A stretch of DNA of 55,349 bases from Candidatus Heimdallarchaeota archaeon (GCA_011364965.1 RDOB01000008.1:1-55349), one strand, 5' to 3'; shown: positions 26,620 to 37,002, numbered from the stretch's first letter. Notes: generated by a model not told the origin, from the letters alone. Made by a program: numbers and translations.

Positions 26620-27774
26620 GTGAATCTAATGAAAACTCCACTTTACGATTATCATGCCAATAATAGTGATATTATTGAGTTTGTAGGGTTTAAACTACCT
26701 GTAATGTATTCTTCAATCAAAACAGAACATATGGCTGTTAGAAATGCTGCGGGGATTTTTGATGTATCACATATGGGACGTATGTGGATCACAGGAGAAC
26801 ATGCTGAAAAATTCATTAATCTTATTGTCCCCAGAGACATAACAAAAACACCTGTTGGACGAGCAGCATATACATTTATGCTCAATGAACTCGGAGGGTT
26901 TCGAGACGATTTAGTTTTCGAACATCTAGAAGATAATAAGTGGCTAGTGGTGTGGAACGCTGGAAATCTTATGAAGATTAAAAATTGGCTGATAGATCTT
27001 CACAATTTCCAAAGTCAATTTAAAAAATTTGATATATCGCTTGAAGATATATCCAGTGAATCAGCAATGTTCGCATTACAGGGACCGAAGGCAAAAGAAG
27101 TTTTAGGCAAATCTTTTCAAGATTTCGAACCTCCCTCTCCATGGGGGATTACTACCCTCTCTATAGAGGGAATAGAGATAATAGTTTCGGGTACAGGATA
27201 TACAGGTGAAGCGGGATTTGAGATTATTGTATTAAACGCATCTAACGATAATCCAACAAATGCTGTTAAAATTTGGAACCTTTTACTGGAGGAGGGGAAA
27301 GATCTAGGTTTATTACCTTGTGGGTTAGGAGCTAGAGATTCTTTACGATTGGAAGCAGGCTTATCTCTCTATGGTAATGATATAAATGAAAATATCAATC
27401 CAATAGAAGCAGATTTATTCTTTCCACCATTTATCCATATAGATAAACCATTTTTCATCGGTCGCAATGCTCTACTTAAACTCCAATCTAAGAAGAAAGA
27501 GAAAACTAGAATAGGATTTGTTGCAGTAAAAAAAGGTCCCAGCCCCAGAGCAGGATTGGAACTATATAAAGATGATAAATTAATTGGAATTACTTCTTCA
27601 GGTGGATATTCCCCTTTACTTGAAATTGGTATTGGAATGGGGTATGTTCTCCCGGAATATGCAGGTGAAGACACAAGGATTCAATTCAAAGTACGAGAGA
27701 AGCTTCACGAAGCTATCGTTAAGAAATTTCCATTATTTAATCCAGATAAATTTGGTGGGAAAAGAAAAAGTTAA
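26620..27774 (+). CDS. gcvT: Glycine cleavage system aminomethyltransferase T
   Basis: KTPLY, GIFDVSHMG, ALQGP, TGYTGEAGFE, GLGARDSLRLEAG. Confidence 0.97.
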   Translation: MNLMKTPLYDYHANNSDIIEFVGFKLPVMYSSIKTEHMAVRNAAGIFDVSHMGRMWITGEHAEKFINLIVPRDITKTPVGRAAYTFMLNELGGFRDDLVFEHLEDNKWLVVWNAGNLMKIKNWLIDLHNFQSQFKKFDISLEDISSESAMFALQGPKAKEVLGKSFQDFEPPSPWGITTLSIEGIEIIVSGTGYTGEAGFEIIVLNASNDNPTNAVKIWNLLLEEGKDLGLLPCGLGARDSLRLEAGLSLYGNDINENINPIEADLFFPPFIHIDKPFFIGRNALLKLQSKKKEKTRIGFVAVKKGPSPRAGLELYKDDKLIGITSSGGYSPLLEIGIGMGYVLPEYAGEDTRIQFKVREKLHEAIVKKFPLFNPDKFGGKRKS

Positions 27775-27788
27775 AATCAAAACAAAAA

Positions 27789-30700
27789 TCACTTCTTTTT
27801 CTTTTTATCTTTCACTGCTTGTCCTTTCTCTCCTGAAATGCCACCTAATTCAGATAAGGCATCGGAGAATAAATCAGCTAAATCTGGAGGATGAACCTGC
27901 TGTTCTGATATAACCTCAGGTTCTTTCACTTCTTTATATTCCACTTCAGGAATAGAGAAAGGCTCTTCCTTAGAAGGTTCATCTTCGGACAATGACTTCG
28001 CTATTGAGGAGAAAGATTCAGGGAGATCTGAACTAAAGAGGCTGGGTTCTTCTTTTTCTTGTCGTCTCCTAATTTCTTCTTTTCGAGAGATAATTTGTTG
28101 AGTATCCGATAATGCTTTCTCCAATACTCCCATATGATCCATTGAAGGAATTTCGGACTTTTTCACGTCTTCTGCGGAGGTGAATGCTTCTAATTTGCTT
28201 AAATCGGGTGTAGTGTCATCAGGTTCATCTATAGGCGTTTCTATTAAAGAATCCTTTTTCCATAATCTTCCAAAACTATCAACTTCCCATTCATCGTCTT
28301 CAGAGACCTCCTTCAGTTCTGGTGCTGTGGTAATCCTTGACTCTATTTTCTCACTTGGTATTGGACTGAAAAGTTGTCGTAATTCGCTTTCTGAAAGCGC
28401 AGCATCCTTACTAGGTTTCATTTCAGGGATTTTTTCTTCAATGTGGGGAACTTCTTCCAATTCTGGTTCTATTGGTAGAACTTCAGGGATTTTTGTTGGA
28501 ACTTGTGGACTCATTGAAAAAAGAGAAGAAATTTCATCGTCAGATAAAGCTGTTTTTACTTCTCCTTTAGTATCTCTAATAGGAATCTCTAATACCTTTT
28601 TTTCTTCTAGAGGTTTGAATTCGTCTTTTGGAACCGTTTTTATCTTTGGAATCGGTTTTATATCGATAGGTTTATCAGGGGAGATAACAGAATCCAATGA
28701 GGGAATTAAAGGTACTTCTATAGATCTTGCTTCAATTTTAGGAGCAGATTCTTGTGTTTCTTCAAATGTTTTAATTACAGAAACAAATTCATCCTCAAAT
28801 TTAGTTTCTGCTGTTTCACTAGCAATATCTGGTGAAGAGGAGGTTGTAACAAGATCTTCCTCTGGAATTAGGGAACTGGTGTCAACCAATTCAGGTTCTT
28901 TTTCAGGTTCAGATATTATTTTTGGCAAAATTGCTGGTGTGGGGATTTCGGGTTCTTCCTTCTCTTCTTCCAAGATTTCTAGTTCAAGAAGACTTACTTG
29001 TTTTTCACGAACAGCCCTCATTCTTTCTAAATTATCGACTACTTTTTTAAATTTCTTAACTTTAATACCTAGGTCATCAATTATCTTGTTTACCTGGTTT
29101 ATGGACTTATTATCTTTAGTACTTTCTGCTTCTTTAAGAAGGAATACTACAATTCCTCCGATATCATTGGTTTTGTTAATCATTGAACTTAATCTAGCTA
29201 AATAGTCTAGATGGGAATAAGCTATAGCTAAGTTATTTGCAACAATTCCTTCTTCAATCAAGAGTTTAACAATATTGAATAATTGGTCTAAATCCTGCAT
29301 TTCTTCATATTTTTCTAAAGTTTGTTGGAAATAGGTTATAGCCTCGGATTCATGGGATTTAATCATAATTTGGGTTAGTTTGAAAAGTAATTCCGATTGA
29401 AACTTCTCTTGATTGTATTTTTTGCATATGTAAATTCCTCTTTTCAGCGCTCGAATTGAATGAATAGGAACTTCAAATTGGTCAGCAAGATTGTTGAACA
29501 CCAGAACAACGCTCTTGAAATCATTCATTGATCGATAAAACTCAGAAGCTTGATATGCATACTCTGATGCTAAATCAGGATTCTCAATAGCAACGAGAAA
29601 AGCAAATTTCTCAGTGACTTTAGCTACTAGAATTTTTCCTTCACTCCCTAGCTTTTCACTCGTACTAACTAATGAAATTACTCGATCAATGAACTCTCGC
29701 GCTCCCTCAATATGACCATGCTCTATAAGCGATTTAATAAAATTAAAAGACATCGGTAGTAGCTCAGAAAAGGGTTTCTGAGTCTTTTCAAGAAGAAGTG
29801 CCATCATCCGAGTAGCAGGAGGAACCTGTTCTAGTTCAATTAATTTATCAGCATATTTGTGGGCTAATTTATCTGCAGTTTCAGTTAATTCCTTGGTATA
29901 AATGGAATCAATGAAATTTATAATATGCATGGGAACTTCTGGAGATATAGTGTCTGTTTCAATAAGAAAGGGGTATACTTTTTCCGAAAAACTAATAATT
30001 TCATCAGTTGTTGGATTTAGAATCTTCAGAATAGCGTCTATCAAGGAAACATCTGGAAAATTCTCGATAACTCCTTCCAAATAGGATTTTGCTAGTTTCT
30101 TGAAATCGCTACGTTTTCCTCGTGTTTCAAGAATATACTTGAAAACATCTAATGCAGCAACTTTATTTGATTCATATGCGATATTAAATACCATTTGAAG
30201 AAATTCAAGTGCCTTATCAGCCTTGTTTTCTTCCTCTAGAAGTTTTCCCATTTCAATAGCGAATTTAGCTGCTGTAGTTGTATCTCCACGTTCTAAAGAA
30301 GATTTAGCATAGTTTTTGACAGCATTTAATGCTTCTTTATATTGTTTATGGCTTTGACCAAATCTAAGTATTAAATCAGTCATTCTAGCTGCATCTTCAT
30401 GTTGATTGTGCTCAATGAATATGTCTCTCATTTTTTCTAAGTATTTAATAACTTGAGAAATATCATCGAGCCTCTCATAATACCGAGCTGTTTGTACACA
30501 ATAAATATAAGCGTCTTGATAACGTCCCGATTGGATTTGCTTATCAATCATTCGAGAAATAACTTCAATTGCCTGTTTGAAATCCTCTTTTGCTTCTAAT
30601 TCTTTTAAAATGGAATCAGTCAGATTTTGTGCCAACTCAACAGAATAGTCGATTAATTGCTTCTGATATGCAATCAAACGTTCCAAAGCTCCTTCAGGAT

Positions 30701-33404
30701 CGTTCATTGCACGATAAGCATCAGCTACCTTGTAAACAAAGGTTTGTACAAGATCGGGTCTTTGCAAAGTGTTCACAATATAATCAATAAATCTACTTAA
30801 TCCGTCTATGGCACGTGTGTGTTCATTTTGTTGTATTTGAAGATTTATCATCTGATCTAGAAGATAAGCAGCCCTATCAACCTCATTTCTTTCCTGTAAA
30901 TTATTAACAAATTCACGCAACAAATTAAAATCAATGTATGCAGATTGAATCATCAAGCTAGTGGTATATTTCATATACTCAAAGACCATATCAGATTGAT
31001 TATATGCAAGTAACTTATCTATAAAGTTTTTACAAAATCTCAAAACATCCTTAATTTTCTTTTCATTCAATAATCGAGTTAATTCTAAATTTACCATTTC
31101 CTGCGCTGTTAGCACTGTATTTGTCGAAAGAAGATCATCCACATACTGTAATACGATTTTTTCACGCTTTTTTTGGTCTGTTATTCTCTGTAAAGCTGTT
31201 TGTATGAAGGATTTCGCTCTATCACGCATCCCGAGTTTTCCAAATAGATCACCGAGGGCTAACTGCTTTTCTATTCTTTTGGATTCATCATCTTGATATG
31301 CCTTCTCGATCAAGCTTTCAACAAATTTCAAATAATCGCGAGCAGCATTTGACTCTTCAAGATCTGTGAGTCCCTGAACAATCGATAAACTAAACTCAAC
31401 AGCTTCATCTATTAAAGCAAGATCATAAAATAACTTAATCGCGCGATTACCAAACTCACATGCTTTTGTATAATTTTCTTTATCCATAAGGAAACTAGAA
31501 CTCTGTTTTGCAACATCTAGAGCCAATTTGTTGTTATTTTGGGTTTCAGCAGTAAGAATCAGCCTCTCTGCATATTTTGAATAATTTACTTTATAATTAG
31601 TAGTTCTAAATAAGCCTAAAATATCTTCAAGAGAGGTAATGAGATCAAATTGGGCTTTTTTCTCTTCCTGAACCTCAAACGCTTGATCTAGCATAAATTC
31701 AATGTCATCTTCGAAAGATTCCCGCTCTTGGGGAGAAAATTGCCCTTCTTTCACCTCTGAAAGAATTTGAACACCATAACGAGCGAATCTTAAGGCATTT
31801 TCCCACAATACTACTGGTAAACGAGCTTTCCTATAATATTCAATTTGTCGTCGTGCAAGCATTAAGACTGTAGATAATTTATTTTCATCTTTTGATAACA
31901 AGTATTGGTCTAATAGTAAACCTGCAAGATTAGCAGCATTCAAATATTTTTCTTCATTAATATAAACATCTAAAGAATCCATTACGAAAGCTAGAGCCAT
32001 ATCTAAATCTAAACCAATAAGCTCTTCAGTAAGTTCAGTTCTCATTTTTACAGCTTGGGAAGATTTATTCCGTTCCTCAAGATAATAAATAAGCTTTTTA
32101 CCGAATTGCAAAACTCCTTTTGCATTTTCCTCATTTCTAAATCTCTTAAGTAAAACCTCTGTGATTTTTGCAGCAGCTTTCAGATTCTTCTGCTGCTCAT
32201 AATCTTCTATAACTTTTAAGAAATGACCAACAGCCACATTTGATATCATATCATCCATAGGTTTCAAAGAAAGTTGTTCTAACATTTTTAATATCTTTTC
32301 AGAGGCATCATATAAATAGCTAAAAGATATTTGGGGCACAGCCTGATTTATTGCCCGTGCTATTTCATCTTGATCATATTTTACCTTAAAAAGCTCACTA
32401 AAGGAATTATTTGCAAGTTTAAAACGAATAAACCAATCATCAAACTTCCTTAATATAATACACATTATTCCCCCAGTTTTCTCTAATTCAATTTCTCTTA
32501 CTGGAAGTGGTTGACCTTCACTTACAAATTCTTTAACTTTCTCTAAAAATTTATCGAAATCTTCAGCTTTTGTATATCCAGAAACATCTAATGCTGATAA
32601 ATCTATCATTGCGGCCTCAGGACTTGGTTCAGTTTCAATTGGAAATAAATCAGTTTCAATTGGAACACTACTGTCGGTTTTTTGGAGAGGAACATCAACT
32701 TCAGGTTTCTCAATAAAATCCTCTGGATGTAGAATAATCTTTTCAATCTCTTCTGCAGTATCATATATGGCTGAAAAGGACAAGAAATCAATACCAGACT
32801 CACTAATCATTGTAACGACTGAATCTTGGTCGATGGATTCTTTTTTGAAAATTTTTCGAATAATAGGAGTGCTGTGATGGAAAAGGACAACTGCATAACA
32901 ACCATCCTTAGTATAATAGACTCCTGCAACGCCATTTTGAGAATAAGGCATCTCAAATCTTTTTAATAATTTATCTCCTTTATCTATAGTTACCATCGCT
33001 GTAGAAACAGTCTGGGGTTCCGTTTCTATTAAATCTTCTGCATCAAAAAACGTTTCAGTAGGTTTCTCTTCCGAACCAATATAGTCTTGCTCAGGTATGT
33101 ATTCATCGCCCTTAGGTTCCTCTATAATGAGTTTCTCTTCAAATTCCTCTCTTATCGTATGGATAAGTAAATCCGCAACGTCGAAAATTGCAGAAAAACT
33201 AAAGAACTCGACTCCTGCATCACTTAGTAAATCAACCATCTTATCCTGATTCAACTGGTTCCGTGGAATGGTATTAACTCTTATCTTTCGATCATTTTGA
33301 AAGAACGTAATAACATAATCGTTAATACTCTCTCTTATTGCACATTCTACACTGCTTGTAGACGGAAGCTCAATTCGAACCTCTTTCTCTTCACGAGTAG
33401 CCAT
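27789..33404 (-). CDS. Giant hypothetical protein: three N-terminal repeat domains, TPR/SNAP-like alpha-solenoid, acidic disordered tail
   Basis: 1871-aa uninterrupted ORF; repeats ending in SFSAIFD, SFSAIYD and SFSYLYD; about 1100 aa of paired amphipathic helices; E/P/S/D-rich C-terminus. Confidence 0.8.
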   Translation of the reverse strand: MATREEKEVRIELPSTSSVECAIRESINDYVITFFQNDRKIRVNTIPRNQLNQDKMVDLLSDAGVEFFSFSAIFDVADLLIHTIREEFEEKLIIEEPKGDEYIPEQDYIGSEEKPTETFFDAEDLIETEPQTVSTAMVTIDKGDKLLKRFEMPYSQNGVAGVYYTKDGCYAVVLFHHSTPIIRKIFKKESIDQDSVVTMISESGIDFLSFSAIYDTAEEIEKIILHPEDFIEKPEVDVPLQKTDSSVPIETDLFPIETEPSPEAAMIDLSALDVSGYTKAEDFDKFLEKVKEFVSEGQPLPVREIELEKTGGIMCIILRKFDDWFIRFKLANNSFSELFKVKYDQDEIARAINQAVPQISFSYLYDASEKILKMLEQLSLKPMDDMISNVAVGHFLKVIEDYEQQKNLKAAAKITEVLLKRFRNEENAKGVLQFGKKLIYYLEERNKSSQAVKMRTELTEELIGLDLDMALAFVMDSLDVYINEEKYLNAANLAGLLLDQYLLSKDENKLSTVLMLARRQIEYYRKARLPVVLWENALRFARYGVQILSEVKEGQFSPQERESFEDDIEFMLDQAFEVQEEKKAQFDLITSLEDILGLFRTTNYKVNYSKYAERLILTAETQNNNKLALDVAKQSSSFLMDKENYTKACEFGNRAIKLFYDLALIDEAVEFSLSIVQGLTDLEESNAARDYLKFVESLIEKAYQDDESKRIEKQLALGDLFGKLGMRDRAKSFIQTALQRITDQKKREKIVLQYVDDLLSTNTVLTAQEMVNLELTRLLNEKKIKDVLRFCKNFIDKLLAYNQSDMVFEYMKYTTSLMIQSAYIDFNLLREFVNNLQERNEVDRAAYLLDQMINLQIQQNEHTRAIDGLSRFIDYIVNTLQRPDLVQTFVYKVADAYRAMNDPEGALERLIAYQKQLIDYSVELAQNLTDSILKELEAKEDFKQAIEVISRMIDKQIQSGRYQDAYIYCVQTARYYERLDDISQVIKYLEKMRDIFIEHNQHEDAARMTDLILRFGQSHKQYKEALNAVKNYAKSSLERGDTTTAAKFAIEMGKLLEEENKADKALEFLQMVFNIAYESNKVAALDVFKYILETRGKRSDFKKLAKSYLEGVIENFPDVSLIDAILKILNPTTDEIISFSEKVYPFLIETDTISPEVPMHIINFIDSIYTKELTETADKLAHKYADKLIELEQVPPATRMMALLLEKTQKPFSELLPMSFNFIKSLIEHGHIEGAREFIDRVISLVSTSEKLGSEGKILVAKVTEKFAFLVAIENPDLASEYAYQASEFYRSMNDFKSVVLVFNNLADQFEVPIHSIRALKRGIYICKKYNQEKFQSELLFKLTQIMIKSHESEAITYFQQTLEKYEEMQDLDQLFNIVKLLIEEGIVANNLAIAYSHLDYLARLSSMINKTNDIGGIVVFLLKEAESTKDNKSINQVNKIIDDLGIKVKKFKKVVDNLERMRAVREKQVSLLELEILEEEKEEPEIPTPAILPKIISEPEKEPELVDTSSLIPEEDLVTTSSSPDIASETAETKFEDEFVSVIKTFEETQESAPKIEARSIEVPLIPSLDSVISPDKPIDIKPIPKIKTVPKDEFKPLEEKKVLEIPIRDTKGEVKTALSDDEISSLFSMSPQVPTKIPEVLPIEPELEEVPHIEEKIPEMKPSKDAALSESELRQLFSPIPSEKIESRITTAPELKEVSEDDEWEVDSFGRLWKKDSLIETPIDEPDDTTPDLSKLEAFTSAEDVKKSEIPSMDHMGVLEKALSDTQQIISRKEEIRRRQEKEEPSLFSSDLPESFSSIAKSLSEDEPSKEEPFSIPEVEYKEVKEPEVISEQQVHPPDLADLFSDALSELGGISGEKGQAVKDKKKKK

Positions 33405-33672
33405 TAAAATCCCTTAAGATCGCAAGCTGATGAGATGAAGCATTATTTTCATTTATATTGAAAATGCTCTATAATAAAGTGCACTTTCTCAGTTGTCTTA
33501 TGAGATATTGCTCTTCATAAATACTTCTTTATAATAATAAAAAGCAATTCATTTGCTTGAATTGTTTGCTTTTCCGACAAAAATATCACAATAGTGCTAC
33601 ATATCGTATTAAAAGGATTATCACTCTTAATTTCATTGTAGAAAAAAAAATCAGTCCCAAAAGTACATAAAA

Positions 33673-34293
33673 CTAAAATTTTATCAATATAGCTCTTGCT
33701 GGAGCTCCGTCAACATTTTTTAACTTTAATGGAAGACATACACAAAAATACCAGCCCGAAGTGACTTTTTCAAGATATAATCCCTCAATGATGGGAATAT
33801 TCTCTTGAAGGAACAAAGGATGGTTTTTAACCATATCTAACGAGTCTATTGATAATGAATCAATACCAATTGCTTTAATTTGCTGTGAAACGAGATATTT
33901 TGAGATTTCCTTATCTGGAACGAGATATTTTTCATTAAATATCCCCTTCTCAAGATTTGAACCTTCATTCGTCTTGAGAATGACAATTGAATTTTTCAAA
34001 CCCTCAATTTTCCTAAAATAATCTATATTCATCTTCTCTGTACCTGATACATCAACCACGATAGCATTACCAGTTAAGGATTCTAGAGTAATCATGTTAA
34101 TTGGTATACTGGATCGATATAAGTGAGTCATAGCGTCTACATGGGTTCCAATATGCGAAAGAATGACCAATTTCGTAGATTGAAAATTATTTGATACATT
34201 AGATGTATTATGAAGAGTAAAAACGGGTTTAGGATCACCAGGGTATGTAACCATGGTTGGATGAATAGTTAATGAAATATCAAATATTTGCAT
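33673..34293 (-). CDS. Cyclase family protein (kynurenine formamidase KynB-like)
   Basis: YPGDP, HIGTHVDA, GIDSLSID, IIEGL, PLKLKNVDGAPARA. Confidence 0.9.
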   Translation of the reverse strand: MQIFDISLTIHPTMVTYPGDPKPVFTLHNTSNVSNNFQSTKLVILSHIGTHVDAMTHLYRSSIPINMITLESLTGNAIVVDVSGTEKMNIDYFRKIEGLKNSIVILKTNEGSNLEKGIFNEKYLVPDKEISKYLVSQQIKAIGIDSLSIDSLDMVKNHPLFLQENIPIIEGLYLEKVTSGWYFCVCLPLKLKNVDGAPARAILIKF

Positions 34294-34334
34294 TGTTTGA
34301 TTTCCTCTCCTGTTAGTAGGGTAGGAGCTCAGAA

Positions 34335-35720
34335 TCATTTTATAGAGTATAATTTCGATCTCTGAGTTTTCATGATTGGAAGTAGAATCTTAAAGAGTCT
34401 TGCATAAATTAACCTTATAGGGGAAAATGAAAATAATTTTCGAATTATTATGACGCTAAAATAAGAATGAGTTTTACTTTGAAATTCTTTCAATTTTATT
34501 TGATTAATCCAAAAATTTCTTCGAAATAAACTCAAAATTACATGATAATTTATAATTGCTATAATATCCCATGCTCGTTCTATGTGTTTCTGGGGGTATT
34601 CAATTTTTTCTCCCATTCCTAGACGAACTAATTCAACAAGATGAAATACTTCAATTTTACTTCTTAATAATTCTCGAGCTGCCCAAAGTAAATATAAACA
34701 ACCACCACAATAAGTTACCAATCCTTGAGCGCCTGTTGCTTCAGCTTCTTCAAATTTTTTCTTAGAACAATATAAAATATCAAATACAATCCGAAAATGT
34801 TGAGTCCAGGATGCCCCTGCACCAAATCCACAGCATAAAGAATACTTTTGGATATGCCTCATTTCAATTAATCGGCAACCAAGTAAATCTATGAGTTTAC
34901 GTGGATTTTCCCAATATTTTCCACCTCCAACCTTAGAGAAGCAATTGTCGTGGAGAGTTACGGAGATCCCTAGTTGGCGATTCAAAACTATACTCTTAGA
35001 TTCGATTTTACTTAGCAGCCAAGAATGGAAATTAATAATCTCTACATCATGCTTTATTCCCATTTCGGATGGATGTACATCATTCAACATCCATTCTACT
35101 GCATCTAATGTTGGAATAACAGTTTTAACGTTCCAATCTTTAAAATCTTCTTTAGTTCGCTCCGCAATTTTATGCACAACATCTAAATATCCTCCTTGGT
35201 ATAAATATCCTCCACATTCCCAGTGATCAATAATATCAACAGGAGTAAAATGCTCTAAGAGCGAACTATTACTGAAAACAAAAGGGAAGAGATGTAAATA
35301 GCTACTAATTAAAAGAATGGATTCCTTCTTCTCTTGCTTCATCCACTTCTGTATTAGCTTTTTTTCATCAGAAGGCATAAGTTGATAGAGAATTTCCCAG
35401 ATATTACCTTCTAAAGAGGGGCAAACAAAGCGATATATTGAGGGAGCACCCCTTTTTCTATATAGCTCATTCCATCTCTCTAATATTAATTGATATGGTT
35501 TACAATCATTAGGACATATTAAATTGCAGGAAAAACAAGTTGTACAATATTGAAGAACATATTTAGTTTTCGAGCTTCTGATAAGGCGTTTAATTTCGCG
35601 CCTTGCTTCTTCTCTAGGTAATTTTAATTCAGGACAATAATGAAAACAGTCACCGCATCTTGTACAAGCCGATTCAGTAAAATTTGAAAAATCAGATGAA
35701 TTTGTATTCATGTAAACCAC
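34335..35720 (-). CDS. HdrD/GlpC-like Fe-S oxidoreductase (2x[4Fe-4S] plus CCG domains)
   Basis: CTRCGDCFHYCP, CTTCFSCNLICP, HDNC, CCGFGAG, YCGGC. Confidence 0.88.
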   Translation of the reverse strand: MVYMNTNSSDFSNFTESACTRCGDCFHYCPELKLPREEARREIKRLIRSSKTKYVLQYCTTCFSCNLICPNDCKPYQLILERWNELYRKRGAPSIYRFVCPSLEGNIWEILYQLMPSDEKKLIQKWMKQEKKESILLISSYLHLFPFVFSNSSLLEHFTPVDIIDHWECGGYLYQGGYLDVVHKIAERTKEDFKDWNVKTVIPTLDAVEWMLNDVHPSEMGIKHDVEIINFHSWLLSKIESKSIVLNRQLGISVTLHDNCFSKVGGGKYWENPRKLIDLLGCRLIEMRHIQKYSLCCGFGAGASWTQHFRIVFDILYCSKKKFEEAEATGAQGLVTYCGGCLYLLWAARELLRSKIEVFHLVELVRLGMGEKIEYPQKHIERAWDIIAIINYHVILSLFRRNFWINQIKLKEFQSKTHSYFSVIIIRKLFSFSPIRLIYARLFKILLPIMKTQRSKLYSIK

Positions 35721-35742
35721 ATAATTAGGATGATTATTGATT

Positions 35743-37002
35743 TCAATATCCTTGGTCAGCGGGTTCTTCAGGAATTTCGGGTAAGTAAAATTTTCGCGTT
35801 GAAATTACTTTTGGAAATTGTCTTAATAAAATTCCATTATACATTTTTGATGCAGTGCGCTTTATTAATCTTCTAGGAGTTTCTCCTATTGCAAATTGTA
35901 TTAATTCAATAATGTGGAATATCTCCAATCCAAATGGTTTGAAGTACAACTTTTTAGCTACATGGTATTGCTGATTACATCCCGAACAGTAAACACAAAG
36001 CACATCTGCTCCAGTTTTTTTTGCATCAGTTAGGTTTTTTGTAGTTGCACTCCTCATAGAAAATGGTTGATAAGCTGAATCCACACTAAATCCCGCTGCT
36101 ACTCCGCAACATCTCATATTTTCCCTATTGAATGGCATTTCTATAATTTTACAACCCAATGCTTGAAGAATTTTACGTGGTAAATCCATGTATTCGTCTC
36201 CAAACATTTTTGAATAACAAGAATCTTGTATTGTGACTTTAAAATCAAGAGGATTTGTTACCTCGATATCATTTTCCTTTATCCTTATCCATAACCATTC
36301 AATATAAGAAGTGATTGTATCAAATTCATAATCTAATCCATATACTGGTAAGACATTCTTGAATACATTTGTTCCTGCTGTACAGAGTACCAAGAGATTT
36401 TTTGGCTTCAAAATCTTAAACCATCTGTTAAGACGTTTGGTAACTTGTTTAAGCTCATTAAAATAACCTGTACGAAATAATGTTTCTCCACAGCAATATT
36501 CCAATCGTCCTCGAATATCACAGTTAGCGAAAAGAGAAGATTGTACCAATGTAGGAGTAAGGATTACATTACATCCAGGATAAGTTAAAGTATCACCATT
36601 GAGATGAGATAAGGACTTCCATTTGTCAATAATTGATCTCTCTTCCTTTGTCATTCTTTCTAGTGCATATGTCCTAAAATTTGGATAATTAGGATACAAA
36701 GTCATAAAATACTTGCCTCGAATTTTCAATCCATTCTGCTTGTACTGCTCATTCCATCGCTGTAAAATCAAACTTGCAGGATGACAGTCTTTTGTACAAT
36801 AAAAGTTGCACGTAAAGCAGCTTTGACATTTAGATAAGAGTTTACTTCTTTTTCCAGCTATTAAATTTGCCATTTCAGCTTTAGCGTGGTCTATCGTAAA
36901 TTCAATAATAGGACAGTGAGTGAAACACTCACCACACTTTGTACATTTTTCAAAATCGAAAGGAGTGAAAAATTTTTTGTTTACAGGTCTTATAGCTCCC
37001 AT
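35743..37002 (-). CDS. HdrD/GlpC-like Fe-S oxidoreductase (paralog of 34335..35720)
   Basis: CTKCGECFTHCP, CQSCFTCNFYC, YPGC, YCCGE, QDSC, CCGVAAG, YCSGC. Confidence 0.88.
   Translation of the reverse strand: MGAIRPVNKKFFTPFDFEKCTKCGECFTHCPIIEFTIDHAKAEMANLIAGKRSKLLSKCQSCFTCNFYCTKDCHPASLILQRWNEQYKQNGLKIRGKYFMTLYPNYPNFRTYALERMTKEERSIIDKWKSLSHLNGDTLTYPGCNVILTPTLVQSSLFANCDIRGRLEYCCGETLFRTGYFNELKQVTKRLNRWFKILKPKNLLVLCTAGTNVFKNVLPVYGLDYEFDTITSYIEWLWIRIKENDIEVTNPLDFKVTIQDSCYSKMFGDEYMDLPRKILQALGCKIIEMPFNRENMRCCGVAAGFSVDSAYQPFSMRSATTKNLTDAKKTGADVLCVYCSGCNQQYHVAKKLYFKPFGLEIFHIIELIQFAIGETPRRLIKRTASKMYNGILLRQFPKVISTRKFYLPEIPEEPADQGY

Noticed and set aside
28180-29205. 341-aa plus-strand ORF
   Set aside because: Antisense shadow of the acidic tail of the 1871-aa gene; its Ser/Phe/Gly richness mirrors Glu/Lys/Pro codons
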